Positions 39,172-48,708 are shown, counted from the stretch's first letter. The stretch is 64,000 nt of DNA from Candidatus Saccharimonadota bacterium (GCA_019352195.1 JACAFG010000005.1:156287-220286); one strand, 5' to 3'. Translations and numbers: made by a program. The notes: a model not told the origin generated them from the sequence alone.

Positions 39172-39454
39172 ACAGGAATGTAACTAACGTAACGCCCTCA
39201 TGAAGGCTCTGGGTTAGGTGGCGCAATCGTGGTTACGCATTGTGCTTTGATTCGGGAAACTCCTCAGGCCATACGTATTGCTGAGGAGTTATGGGTTGTC
39301 ATATCTTAGTCAGCGAAGATGGCATCAAACGCGTGATCAGACAAGCCGAAGTGTTTTTGGTAGTAGTAGCGAGTCGAAGCCGCCATGTCGGCCCTACGCT
39401 GCTTCTAATAGCAGTCACTAAATTCATCGTCACGGTAGCTGTTATTATTAACGT

Positions 39455-40027
39455 ATGACTACGCCAAACGCCATCATTGTACATGGTATGACGAGCCGGG
39501 ATGAATATTACGATGATGCTATGCCATCAATGAGTAATAATCACTGGGTACCGTGGTTGCAGAAGCAGCTACTGATTCGGGGAATAGCGACGGCTACTCC
39601 TGAAATGCCGTTAGCATATGCGCCAGATTACGAGGTGTGGCGGCGCGAGTTTGAACGCTATGAGATTGGACCCGAGACGATTTTGGTGGGTCACAGTTGT
39701 GGGGGTGGTTTTTTAGTGCCCTGGCTGAGCGAACATCAGGACAAGCGCGTCAAACAAGTTTTGCTGGTGGCACCCTGGCTTGATCCGTTTCGAGAAGATA
39801 CTACCGACTTCTTTGAGTTTGATATCGATCCCGGCCTCGCAACGCGTTCACCGACATGGTTGTTTCATTCAGATGACGATAGCGTGGGGGTCCAGACTAG
39901 CGTCACTACGATCCGCGTGGCCCTGAAGGACATTCGCGACGTGGGATTTCATGGGTATGGTCATTTTACCTTCAACGACCTTGGGACAACGGCGTTTCCG
40001 GAATTGTTATCCACCTTACGTAGTTAG
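39455..40027 (+). CDS. RBBP9/YdeN-family alpha/beta hydrolase
   Basis: IIVHG, HWVPWL, GHSCGG, SDDD, GHF. Confidence 0.88.
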   Translation: MTTPNAIIVHGMTSRDEYYDDAMPSMSNNHWVPWLQKQLLIRGIATATPEMPLAYAPDYEVWRREFERYEIGPETILVGHSCGGGFLVPWLSEHQDKRVKQVLLVAPWLDPFREDTTDFFEFDIDPGLATRSPTWLFHSDDDSVGVQTSVTTIRVALKDIRDVGFHGYGHFTFNDLGTTAFPELLSTLRS

Positions 40028-40144
40028 AAAACTGGGTAGGCTACCGGGTGCTTGAACGTGAGTCATCACGATAATTCCCCAATGGCACGGCGTATTTGGT
40101 AATAGCTAGATTTTTGACCGCGGGATTTTTTCATCTGGTAACGG

Positions 40145-41371
40145 TTACTTAGCGACGGGTTGGTTAAGGGTTAAGTAAAAGAAGTCTTTGTTATATCCGT
40201 GCAGATAAGCATAGCCACCATTTGCAAGCGTGTTTAATATGCTCTGATAGGAGTAGCTGCCATTACCGAGCGGCTGAAACGTGACGTACCGAACCCAGAA
40301 AGCGTTTATATCCAGTTGAATTGCTTCGGTAGCGCCCCCGGCTTTAAGGGCGCTTGCTAGGGTTGCTGCCGTGAGCGACGGGCCAACGGCGTAAATAAGA
40401 TTACCGTTAGGGGTTAATCCGACACCCGAGCGCCAGGTATAAATCGAGTTGGTCGTAGTTCTGCCCCAGACAGCATAACCTCCTGAGATAGCGTCAGACG
40501 TAACCGTGCCATTATCTAAGATCAGCGGTCCATTTTGTCGTATGGCCTCGATTGGCTTGGTTGATGATGCTGGCGTCTGGTATCTGTTAATCATCAGGCT
40601 GCCATCTTTGTAAATGGTCAGGGTGCCCAGGCCAGTTTGAAGCGGAACATAGGTCGTTGGTCCAACTACCATGCCGTAGTGGCCGTCTTTATATTGAAAA
40701 CCGCCGTTAAAGCCCGCGACGAGCTCATTGCTGGCAATATCTGAGGCCGGAATAAGCCCAGGTCCGGGATGGCCAAGAATTGCACCCGGGTGTTCGGTAC
40801 CGGCCACAGAATGCAGATGCAGCTGATGCGCGTTCATTTGCACAAGCGCAACGATGGCGTAGCTTCGTGCCGAGTCTGGCCTGACAAATGTCTTCGCCAT
40901 GAGAGACTGCCCTTTAAACTGTGGCAGTTCAACCAGACTCCAATTTCCTTCGCCGGGTAATTTGGCGAAATTCGGCTGAAAGTAATTCAAGGGCGCAAGA
41001 TTGAGGGCTTGTAGATTGGCGGTGGCGTCGACAGTTGGGCTTAAGGCTGCTGGATTTGGGAAAGTTGCTGGTTGAGATGGTCCCGTGCTGAAGATGTTGC
41101 TATTTGGTTTAGCGATAGTACCATACGCGAGCTGCTTGAGGTGGTCACTGAGCGAAAGCATCGATGCCTCGAGGGCAATCGTAGCCCGATTACCAATGGC
41201 GGGCCGAAGATAATTGTCGGCAAAGTTAGCTACCAATGATGGCTGAAACTCTATGGTGGCAAGCCCAATGAGTCCAACAGCTACCACAGCAACCATGCCG
41301 GTAAGAAGCTTGCGTAGAGTACGCTTCTTCCTGGGTCCATCTAACGTATATTTGGGTTTTGGTGAGAACAA
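40145..41371 (-). CDS. Phosphodiester glycosidase (NAGPA-like) family membrane-anchored protein
   Basis: AGFNGGF, WRSGVG, AIQLDIN; start codon uncertain. Confidence 0.7.
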   Translation of the reverse strand: MFSPKPKYTLDGPRKKRTLRKLLTGMVAVVAVGLIGLATIEFQPSLVANFADNYLRPAIGNRATIALEASMLSLSDHLKQLAYGTIAKPNSNIFSTGPSQPATFPNPAALSPTVDATANLQALNLAPLNYFQPNFAKLPGEGNWSLVELPQFKGQSLMAKTFVRPDSARSYAIVALVQMNAHQLHLHSVAGTEHPGAILGHPGPGLIPASDIASNELVAGFNGGFQYKDGHYGMVVGPTTYVPLQTGLGTLTIYKDGSLMINRYQTPASSTKPIEAIRQNGPLILDNGTVTSDAISGGYAVWGRTTTNSIYTWRSGVGLTPNGNLIYAVGPSLTAATLASALKAGGATEAIQLDINAFWVRYVTFQPLGNGSYSYQSILNTLANGGYAYLHGYNKDFFYLTLNQPVAK

Positions 41372-41623
41372 ACTAGCTGGATTCCGTTTCCTAGAACGTA
41401 CGCTCTATGTAATAAAATTGATAATGGCCGGGCTACGTCTATGATACCAGAGTAAGCGAACGTTGCTCGCTTTGGAAGTCGCTGACTGTCGCTCCATTGA
41501 CGGTGCTTTCACGGCTCTCTGGGTTTGCCACGGGAGCCCACGCTGCTCAAATTGTCAGTTGAGCCAGCCGCCTTCTCGGGCTTAACTCCTTGCCCAGGCT
41601 TGTCTCCGAGACGTAGACGAGCG

Positions 41624-42010
41624 CTACCGGTTGGTGGATGAGCCGGCGCGTCTTCGCAAGCTTCGCGCCATGAGTAACAGGAGAATCAGGGCGTGAATAG
41701 CAACAGCGGCTGCGATGCTGAGCAGCACGATTGTGGTGGCGCCCTGATAGTGCAGAAGGGTCAGAATGTAGCTAAATAGGACGATGCCAAGCAAGCGGAG
41801 GATAAATCCGATTCGGTTGGATCGGAGCTCACGCCAATTGATGCGCGCGACATAGACGTAGAAGATCCAAATATGGATGAGCAGGAGGGCCCCAATGTAA
41901 AGAAGCGTTGGGATGATGAGTTTGTAGTGGATGAGCGGGACCAGGACAATCGTAGTTCCAAGTAAGGTTGCGAGCTTGCCGACAAACAAGCGGGGCTGGT
42001 TGATTTGCAT
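41624..42010 (-). CDS. Small 4-TM membrane protein
   Basis: Hydrophobic ORF directly after the cytochrome b gene. Confidence 0.7.
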   Translation of the reverse strand: MQINQPRLFVGKLATLLGTTIVLVPLIHYKLIIPTLLYIGALLLIHIWIFYVYVARINWRELRSNRIGFILRLLGIVLFSYILTLLHYQGATTIVLLSIAAAVAIHALILLLLMARSLRRRAGSSTNR

Positions 42011-42019
42011 CTTGCGCTG

Positions 42020-43423
42020 CTACCGCGTGGGTGGTTTGCGCCAGATGAGCTTATAGAGACCGAGTTTTTCGGGTAGGCGGTTAACGAAGGGAATGAACGG
42101 GAACGCCAGGAGCAGGAGGATAAAGGTCCCGATGATGATGGCAGCGTCACGGTCGCCGTTGTCGTCACTGGCGAGGACCGTGTGGTTCAACAATCCGATG
42201 GGGGCAAGCCACCACGCGCCCGGGGGAATGCTGCCTGATTCTTCACGAACCATGCCGTATTGGTCAGTCGTCATTTTGAGACTGGTGGCAGTGTCGTCGG
42301 GCACGCCCGTATCGGCGAGGAAGCGAGTAACATAGGTGGTCTCGTAACCGGAGCCGTTGTTGTTGCGCAGAGCTGCCTCGTACAGACCACTGCCTGCCAT
42401 CGTCGTGAGCTTATCGACCACCGCAACCACGGGGTTAGCTTTCGGGGTGGCGGGTTTTGGGTCCGCGGCGTAATAGTCGGTGGCGGCTTTGAGCTGGGCA
42501 TCTTGGATCGCGGTTGGCTCAGCGTTGAAAACGTCCATCTGATTGGTACCGACTTGGACCGCGAGGAGTTGGTGATACGGGGTTTCAATATACACTTGGC
42601 GTGAATCAAAGGTGTAAGGGTTAATGTTATCGAGATAGGTGGCAGTATCGGATGAGTGGTCGAACTCTTTGGTTAGGGTTTGCGAGATGAGGGCCGGGTC
42701 GTCGGCGGCAATTTTGCTGATGGTGAGCGGGGCGAGATAGGGCGACGGATACATATACGCGAGAGCTGCCACGGCCAGGACCACGGTGCCGCCGCGCCAC
42801 GCCAGTAAGGTGTGGTTGGCTTTAACAACTGGGTAGTTATCGGCCAGTTTGGCCGGCTTGCCGATGCCAAGCACCCGCACCAGAAAGTAATGACCCAGGA
42901 TTAAGGCGATGAGCAGGAGCGGGATTACCACCACGTGAATACCCATGACCTGGCCCGTGTTGAGGTTATTGAGAACCCAACCAATGCCGCTGCCGTTGTA
43001 GAGGTCGGCGCCTTGGAGGCTACGGTATTGGGACGAGAAGTCGCCGCGGAGCACATAGCCGAATTCAGCTTCAGCTAGGGCGAACAGGAACATGAACACC
43101 CCTAGTACCCAGGTTAGCTTGCGGCCGCCGCGGAAGCCGGAGGTGAGGAAGACGATGGTCAGGTGAAGCAATATGAACACGACGAAGGCTTGAGTGGCCC
43201 AGAGGTGGAAGCTGCGCGTATATTGGCCGACGGTACTGGTGATCCACCAGTGGGGCCCAGCTGCAGCCATAATGGTGCCAGTAACTAGCAGGAGCAAAAA
43301 CGAGACAGCCGAGAGAAAGCCGAGCGAGTAGAAGAATTTGTTGGCAAACGACGGCACGTCGCGGATCATGAGGTTTTGGAGGCCGTTGCGTATCAGTTGG
43401 AACGGGGGCTGTGATTGAGCCAT
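42020..43423 (-). CDS. Cytochrome b/b6-like protein with extracytoplasmic C-terminal extension
   Basis: RSFHLW..LLHL, R..TWVLG, GYVL, IHVVVIP..GH: four heme-ligand histidines. Confidence 0.85.
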   Translation of the reverse strand: MAQSQPPFQLIRNGLQNLMIRDVPSFANKFFYSLGFLSAVSFLLLLVTGTIMAAAGPHWWITSTVGQYTRSFHLWATQAFVVFILLHLTIVFLTSGFRGGRKLTWVLGVFMFLFALAEAEFGYVLRGDFSSQYRSLQGADLYNGSGIGWVLNNLNTGQVMGIHVVVIPLLLIALILGHYFLVRVLGIGKPAKLADNYPVVKANHTLLAWRGGTVVLAVAALAYMYPSPYLAPLTISKIAADDPALISQTLTKEFDHSSDTATYLDNINPYTFDSRQVYIETPYHQLLAVQVGTNQMDVFNAEPTAIQDAQLKAATDYYAADPKPATPKANPVVAVVDKLTTMAGSGLYEAALRNNNGSGYETTYVTRFLADTGVPDDTATSLKMTTDQYGMVREESGSIPPGAWWLAPIGLLNHTVLASDDNGDRDAAIIIGTFILLLLAFPFIPFVNRLPEKLGLYKLIWRKPPTR

Positions 43424-43515
43424 TAGTGTTATCTCTTTGGCAGTGGACGAGGGGCCATCGCTTCGCCGTGTAGTGTTACTTGGCGTCATCATACCACTTA
43501 TGCTTCGATTATCAG

Positions 43516-43531
43516 TGTGAGTTACGTCACA
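43516..43531. promoter_or_regulatory. CRP-type box upstream of cytochrome b gene
   Basis: Perfect TGTGA-N6-TCACA. Confidence 0.7.
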
Positions 43532-43712
43532 GTGTCCATAGATGTACCGGCACGGAGCTAGATAGAATCTATCGCCTTCATAGTTAGAGACGGCATTTTG
43601 TATCTTTAAAAAGAGTTTATGATGTCAAGATTGCAGTGCGAGGCTTGATATCGACCTGGAGTATTTACTAAATCAATTGGCCATAGGTCCGGTCCAATAG
43701 TTCATGACTATG

Positions 43713-43741
43713 GTTCGAACGGCGCCTACGGTGGTGTACTC
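43713..43741 (+). repeat. Leu-array junction J12 (last recognised)
   Basis: GTTCGAACGGCGCCTACGGTGGTGTACTC followed by ATGTACTTTTG. Confidence 0.82.
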
Positions 43742-43897
43742 ATGTACTTTTGAGTGTACCGTGCCAGTGATTGGAGAAGGTAGCATAAGAGCCGCCTACT
43801 GGCGACACTTATCCGAGTTTGCCAACTAAGACATTGCCATTAATTGGCTTATGAAACAAATTTCCGCTTCGGCTCAGTCCGGCGGGCGTGAGGCAGA

Positions 43898-44335
43898 CTA
43901 GAGCTTCACCTTCCTTGTGGGTAGCTCGGCGGCTAAGGTCTGCTCTATTACTCCGGCAAAGGTTATGGCGGCGGTGTTATTCACCTTGTTGATCTCGATA
44001 TCGCCAATGTGAGTGTGCAGCGTCACGCTTGAGAATAAGCCGTAGGTCACGAGGCGCACGCCAGTGATGATGGCGTACGAGAACTCCTCACTATCGGTAA
44101 TCATGGGGCGATGGCCAACCATGATAAGACGATGATTGGTGGCGACGAGGATGGTTCGGGCTTTGCCGTGGAAACCGCCAATGGCGGCAATGAGTTGCTC
44201 ATTGCCATTCAGATCGCGGGTGATGATGCGGGCTGCCTGATGCATGCGCCACATGCCCGTAACGCCCAAGTCGCCCAGTCGGGCGATCATACGCTCTTCG
44301 TCGTTGGCTGCCATGTGAGTTGCAGAGTGAAGCAT
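43898..44335 (-). CDS. Bacterial PH-domain protein
   Basis: L...EQLIAAI.G..ILVATNHRLI..Y..ITGV. Confidence 0.75.
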   Translation of the reverse strand: MLHSATHMAANDEERMIARLGDLGVTGMWRMHQAARIITRDLNGNEQLIAAIGGFHGKARTILVATNHRLIMVGHRPMITDSEEFSYAIITGVRLVTYGLFSSVTLHTHIGDIEINKVNNTAAITFAGVIEQTLAAELPTRKVKL

Positions 44336-44568
44336 TAGCTTATCCTCCCAAGGGTTGAAGTGGCGAAGGAGCGCTGATGGATGTTTGCCAGGCGGCTTAA
44401 TTCTTTGAGGCAGCGCTCGTATTTGTCGCGACCAATGTCGTTGACAGGTGCACGGCGATGATAGGCCGACCATGACCCGAGCAGGATTTGCTCGTAAACG
44501 TCGATACAAGCAATATCGACGGGTTTGTCCGCATTTAATTGAGGAAGATTGGATTTAGTCTGCGCCAT
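44335..44568 (-). CDS. Hypothetical protein
   Basis: SD AGGAGG; TAATG coupling to PH gene. Confidence 0.6.
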   Translation of the reverse strand: MAQTKSNLPQLNADKPVDIACIDVYEQILLGSWSAYHRRAPVNDIGRDKYERCLKELSRLANIHQRSFATSTLGRIS

Positions 44569-44643
44569 GGCTGGTCCTCCTAGCTACAGTTTCATCCTAG
44601 ATAGCGGGACGGGATTTGACTATCAGGTTGGTCAATTAACGCG

Positions 44644-44659
44644 CGTGATACGTGTCACA
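44644..44659. promoter_or_regulatory. CRP-type box
   Basis: CGTGA-N6-TCACA between the crp-like gene and the 44568 operon. Confidence 0.6.
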
Positions 44660-44675
44660 ACGGGTAGAGACTTCG

Positions 44676-45323
44676 CTACAGATCGCGACCGAGGGTGGTT
44701 TCGAGTTCGGTTAAATTTGGTACGAGGAGAATTTTATTGTTGAGTTCAATGATACCGCTGGCGCGCAGTTTCACCATTTCCCGGCTGACAGTTTCGCGGC
44801 TCAGCCCCGAGCGGGCAGCAATATCAGACTCAGTCAGATTCATAACGAAGCCATCACCTGACGGCTCACCGAAGCGGCGGCACTCGATAATGAGTTCATA
44901 TATGACTCGGCTTTTGGCGGAGCTGGCCATAAGGTGAGCCATACGTTGCAGGACGCCGTCGGTGCCGCTATAGACGCGCGCGAGTAAGTTAAAGAGCACA
45001 TCGGGATTAGCCTTGATGAAGTCTAAGACCTGCTCGACGGGAGCTTTATGAAGCATAATGTTGTCTTCGGCTTCAAAAAAATAGAGATTTGGGGTGCGGT
45101 TAATGACATATGACATGGGGAAAAAGGCGCCGGTTTTGAAGATATTAAGAACGACTTCGTCACCGCGATACGTGAGGTCATACATCTTAACTCGTCCCGA
45201 TGTCAGGTAGTGGACACCATCGGGATCATCGCCAGCGTGAATGAGAATCTGGCCTTTTTTGTAGTCGCGGGTTGGAAATTGACCGAAAAAATCATTAACT
45301 TTAGCTGTTACTGCCGTGTCCAT
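44676..45323 (-). CDS. Crp/Fnr-family transcriptional regulator
   Basis: cNMP-binding fold YKKGQILI..SGRVK; HTH DIAARSGLSRETVSR. Confidence 0.92.
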   Translation of the reverse strand: MDTAVTAKVNDFFGQFPTRDYKKGQILIHAGDDPDGVHYLTSGRVKMYDLTYRGDEVVLNIFKTGAFFPMSYVINRTPNLYFFEAEDNIMLHKAPVEQVLDFIKANPDVLFNLLARVYSGTDGVLQRMAHLMASSAKSRVIYELIIECRRFGEPSGDGFVMNLTESDIAARSGLSRETVSREMVKLRASGIIELNNKILLVPNLTELETTLGRDL

Positions 45324-45615
45324 TGGTCCTCCCGTGTCCCTCGAGTGTATAGGTTCTAGGGCGGCATTGATACTGGCTGAAGCCAAAAGTGCTCTCTGGT
45401 AGCGGTCCACTAACGGCTTGGCACCAGCCGGCGCCGTCTCACGGTAATCCCATCTGCTATACGGTAGGATGGCATCATTAAAGAACTCACCTGTTTAGGA
45501 TCCTCTACCGTATGTTTACTCCGCTCGTCCGAACCAACCCATTAGTACACAACTTCTCAGATATGGCTCAGACTGACATAAGCTTGTTATCAGCGCGTTG
45601 CGGTAAGGTAGCAGC

Positions 45616-46653
45616 ATGATTAACCGATATTCTTATAAGGTCAAAACGTCTATGGCCGTGTCGCGCGGCGTTAATGTAGTGCGGCTGGCTCCAACTTCGG
45701 GCAACGCCCTGACTGCTTTTGAGCCTGGTCAATATGTGGCTGTGAGCTATTACCGTTCGGGGCGACCTTCACCGGTACGCTGTTTTTCGCTGCTTAGTGT
45801 TGCTAACGCACGCGGCGAGCTGGAGCTTGGTATGCGTACAGGCGGTTTGTTTACGACCGCGTTTACGAAGCTCGCTCCCGGCGACATGGTGAGTGTACAA
45901 GGCCCATTTGGTAGCTTTACGGCCGAGAGGAATGATCCGTCGCCCATCGTTATGTTTGCCGGCGGCATCGGTATTACACCCTTTATCAGCATGATCCGTT
46001 CAGCGGCTGCGGCTGGCTTCCCGACTCCGATGCGTCTTATTTATAGCTTTAACGTCATCGACGCCGTGCCATTCCTCGATGAACTGACCGCCTACGCGGC
46101 GGACTCGGATAAGTTCCGCTTCCGCGTTTACGGTGGGCCGGCGGCGAGCCAGTTCGCGAACAGTAATGTGAGTTCGGAACGGATGGCTCCGCTGATCGTG
46201 CAGCAATTGGCTACCAATATTACCTCGGGGAGGTTTTTCTTGTGTGGTCCGGCCGGTTTTATGTCGACATACGGCAAAACCCTGCGTAAAGCCGGGATTA
46301 GCTCGGACGCCATAATAACCGAATCGTTTATGGCGATTGCGCCGGGTTCGCCGAAGAAGCGGTTTGGCATGCTGCCAATGGCGTACGCGCTTACGGCCAT
46401 GGCAATTGTGCTGGGAACGCTCACCATTAGCGGCGTCGATCTGGTTCGGTATTTGCCCGCGCACGCGGAGTCGAGCGCCCCGAGTGCCCCTTTATCTGCG
46501 CCGTCAGATTCGACGTCGGCCGTGGATACAACGAGTAATGAGACCGTGCCGGTGAGTACGGCTACGCCAACGGTATCTTCATCTTCAATAAGCTCTAGTT
46601 CGTCATCAAATTATTCAAGCTACTACCAAGCGCCCCGCAGCTCGGTGTCGTAA
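45616..46653 (+). CDS. FNR-type FAD/NAD(P) oxidoreductase fused to TM helix and Ser-rich tail
   Basis: PGQY, RCFS, GPFGSF, AGGIGITPF, LCGP, ESF; then TM and low-complexity tail. Confidence 0.85.
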   Translation: MINRYSYKVKTSMAVSRGVNVVRLAPTSGNALTAFEPGQYVAVSYYRSGRPSPVRCFSLLSVANARGELELGMRTGGLFTTAFTKLAPGDMVSVQGPFGSFTAERNDPSPIVMFAGGIGITPFISMIRSAAAAGFPTPMRLIYSFNVIDAVPFLDELTAYAADSDKFRFRVYGGPAASQFANSNVSSERMAPLIVQQLATNITSGRFFLCGPAGFMSTYGKTLRKAGISSDAIITESFMAIAPGSPKKRFGMLPMAYALTAMAIVLGTLTISGVDLVRYLPAHAESSAPSAPLSAPSDSTSAVDTTSNETVPVSTATPTVSSSSISSSSSSNYSSYYQAPRSSVS

Positions 46654-46654
46654 C

Positions 46655-47581
46655 ATGCACCATTTTCAGCAAGCGCGGCAGGCTCTTGGCTCAGAGGTAA
46701 TTCTGACCATTTTGACAGCGCGCCGTGACGCGCAGCTTGATAGCATGTTTGACGGGCTCTGGAATCACTTAGAAGGTTTTGAAGAGCGTTTTAGCAGATT
46801 TCGGACTACCAGCGAAACCACGCGTGTCAATGTGGGGGCAGGCAGTTGGGTTGAGGTGTCGCCGGAGTTCATGGAAATGCTGCGGCTATGCACCTACTGG
46901 AATCAAAAGACGGCCGGGTTATTTAACCCGCTCGTTTTGCCGCAGCTGCAGCGAGCAGGTTACGTTGGTTCCTGGCCCGACGCTGCGACGGTTACTCCTC
47001 AGCTTGATTACCGGCAGCGTAACGTAGCAGCTTGGACTGAAATCGAAACTCACGGCTCGCGGGTGCGACTTCCCAAATCGAGCGCGCTTGATTTGGGCGG
47101 CATTGGTAAGGGTCTCGCGTTAGATCAGCTGGCAGCTGTCGTGGCTTCAGTCTACCCTGACTTTTGCCTGTCATTGGGCGGCGACATCGTGTGCGGTGGG
47201 CGGGGCTTGACTGGTGCTTGGGAAATCGAGGTGATGCGGGCCTCAAATACCGACGAAGCCGCCGCCGTCTACCAGCCAGCGGGCGACGAAATTTTTGCTC
47301 TCGCTACTTCTGGGGTGACGAATCGCCAAGGCATTACCAATGGACAGCCCTGGCATCATATTATCGATCCGCGTACCGGCATGAGCAGTAAGTCGAACGT
47401 CCTGACAGCTAGTGTCGTGGCCGAGACGGGGATAGCGGCTGACATTTTGGCCAAATGCGTGGTTATTACGGGGTCCAAGAATGCCGAGATGTTGTTGACC
47501 CAGCTTGCTGCCTCGGCGTGGCTGCTTCAAACTGAGGATGAAGCACTTATTATTCAAAACGGAGGATTTCGCATATGTTGA
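46655..47581 (+). CDS. apbE: FAD:protein FMN transferase
   Basis: FSRFR..SE, DLGGIGKG, GGD, ATSG, HHIIDPRTG, AD. Confidence 0.93.
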   Translation: MHHFQQARQALGSEVILTILTARRDAQLDSMFDGLWNHLEGFEERFSRFRTTSETTRVNVGAGSWVEVSPEFMEMLRLCTYWNQKTAGLFNPLVLPQLQRAGYVGSWPDAATVTPQLDYRQRNVAAWTEIETHGSRVRLPKSSALDLGGIGKGLALDQLAAVVASVYPDFCLSLGGDIVCGGRGLTGAWEIEVMRASNTDEAAAVYQPAGDEIFALATSGVTNRQGITNGQPWHHIIDPRTGMSSKSNVLTASVVAETGIAADILAKCVVITGSKNAEMLLTQLAASAWLLQTEDEALIIQNGGFRIC

Positions 47582-48186
47582 CGTTGTTTGCTGCCACCAG
47601 TGTTGCAACCAGAGTAGCGCAGGCTTGGCCATGGTATGTGGTGCGGGCGGCGGGCTTTATTGCGGTTGGCTTGTTGATTTTATTGATTATTTCGGGCATC
47701 GCTCAGGTGACGGGTTTGATGTATCGCTTTTTTGAGCCGGTTAAGGCATGGGCTATCCACAAAGCGCTTGGCTACGCTTTGGCGTTGGCCGTAATGGTGC
47801 ACGTCGGGTTTTTGCTCATCGACACGTATCTTCCCTTCTCCTTATCTCAAGCCCTGATTCCGTTTGTATCGGGTTACAAACCCGTTTCAATTGCTGGAGT
47901 ACAGGTATCGCTGTGGGTGGCGGCCGGGATTGTTGGACTCTATGGACTCGCTATAATTCTCGTGACTTCTTGGCTATTGATTGACCGCCAGCGCAAACTT
48001 TGGAAGGGTTTTCACTACCTCAGTTACGCGGTAATGGCACTTATATTTGTCCACGCGCTCTATCTTGGTAGCGACCTGCGCTACGGCACGTTTCGGTCGG
48101 CCTGGCTCGCAATTGGCGGCCTTATCATACTAGCGATTGGGACGAGGCTGTGGCGGGCGGGGCTGCTAAAGCATCGCAGCTCGTGA
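47575..48186 (+). CDS. Ferric reductase-like (MsrQ-like) transmembrane protein
   Basis: WYVVRAAG, IHKAL..VH, WKGFHYLSY..VH heme ligands. Confidence 0.85.
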   Translation: MLTLFAATSVATRVAQAWPWYVVRAAGFIAVGLLILLIISGIAQVTGLMYRFFEPVKAWAIHKALGYALALAVMVHVGFLLIDTYLPFSLSQALIPFVSGYKPVSIAGVQVSLWVAAGIVGLYGLAIILVTSWLLIDRQRKLWKGFHYLSYAVMALIFVHALYLGSDLRYGTFRSAWLAIGGLIILAIGTRLWRAGLLKHRSS

Positions 48187-48686
48187 GCGAGCCTGTGGCC
48201 GAAGCGCCAATTTCAAATTCCGAAGCGCGAATTAAACGCCTGTTTTATATCTCGCTCATCATCAAAGGTGTCGACGCGGTGCTGCAGCTGGTTGGCGGCG
48301 TTTTGCTGCTGACGCTGCGCTCAACCCAAGTTGATTCAGCCGTGCGGTTTTTGGCGGATCATAGTTACGGCGGCGACCTCGACGATGCGTTATTTCGTCA
48401 TGCTTCCGGCTACTTGAGCCATCTGACCGGTGGGACAATTCGCTTTGTGGCGATTTATATCATTGTAGACGCGCTCCTGAAGTTGATTTTGATTCATGAA
48501 ATCTTTCATAAGCGGTACTGGGCCTATATTGGACTTATCTCGATCTTATCGGTATTGGTGGTCTATCAAACGTACCGGATTATTTTGAACCACTCGGTGA
48601 TCTTGATGGTTTTGACGGCGTTTGATCTTGTGATCATTTACTTGTCGGCGCATGAATATCGTCGTCATATGATGGCCGTCCACTAA
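48183..48686 (+). CDS. DUF2127-like membrane protein
   Basis: IKGVDAVLQLVGG, WAY, FDLVIIYL..EY. Confidence 0.75.
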   Translation: MSEPVAEAPISNSEARIKRLFYISLIIKGVDAVLQLVGGVLLLTLRSTQVDSAVRFLADHSYGGDLDDALFRHASGYLSHLTGGTIRFVAIYIIVDALLKLILIHEIFHKRYWAYIGLISILSVLVVYQTYRIILNHSVILMVLTAFDLVIIYLSAHEYRRHMMAVH

Positions 48687-48708
48687 GCCTCTGAGGGCAC
48701 GGTTGTCC

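Larger units (their letters stand above)
25807..43741. mobile_element. tRNA-Leu-anchored tandem array of about 12 gene cassettes, no integrase in window
   Basis: 29-bp direct repeats ending in the tRNA 3' core GTACCA sit between unrelated accessory genes; region is more AT-rich than the flanks. Confidence 0.85.

Noticed and set aside
28306-43741. CRISPR array interpretation of the 29-bp repeats
   Set aside because: Spacing is 0.6-4.5 kb with whole genes between copies; no cas genes in the window.
28306-43741. Classical integron attC sites
   Set aside because: No RYYYAAC...GTTRRRY long hairpin architecture, no intI, and cargo lies in both orientations.
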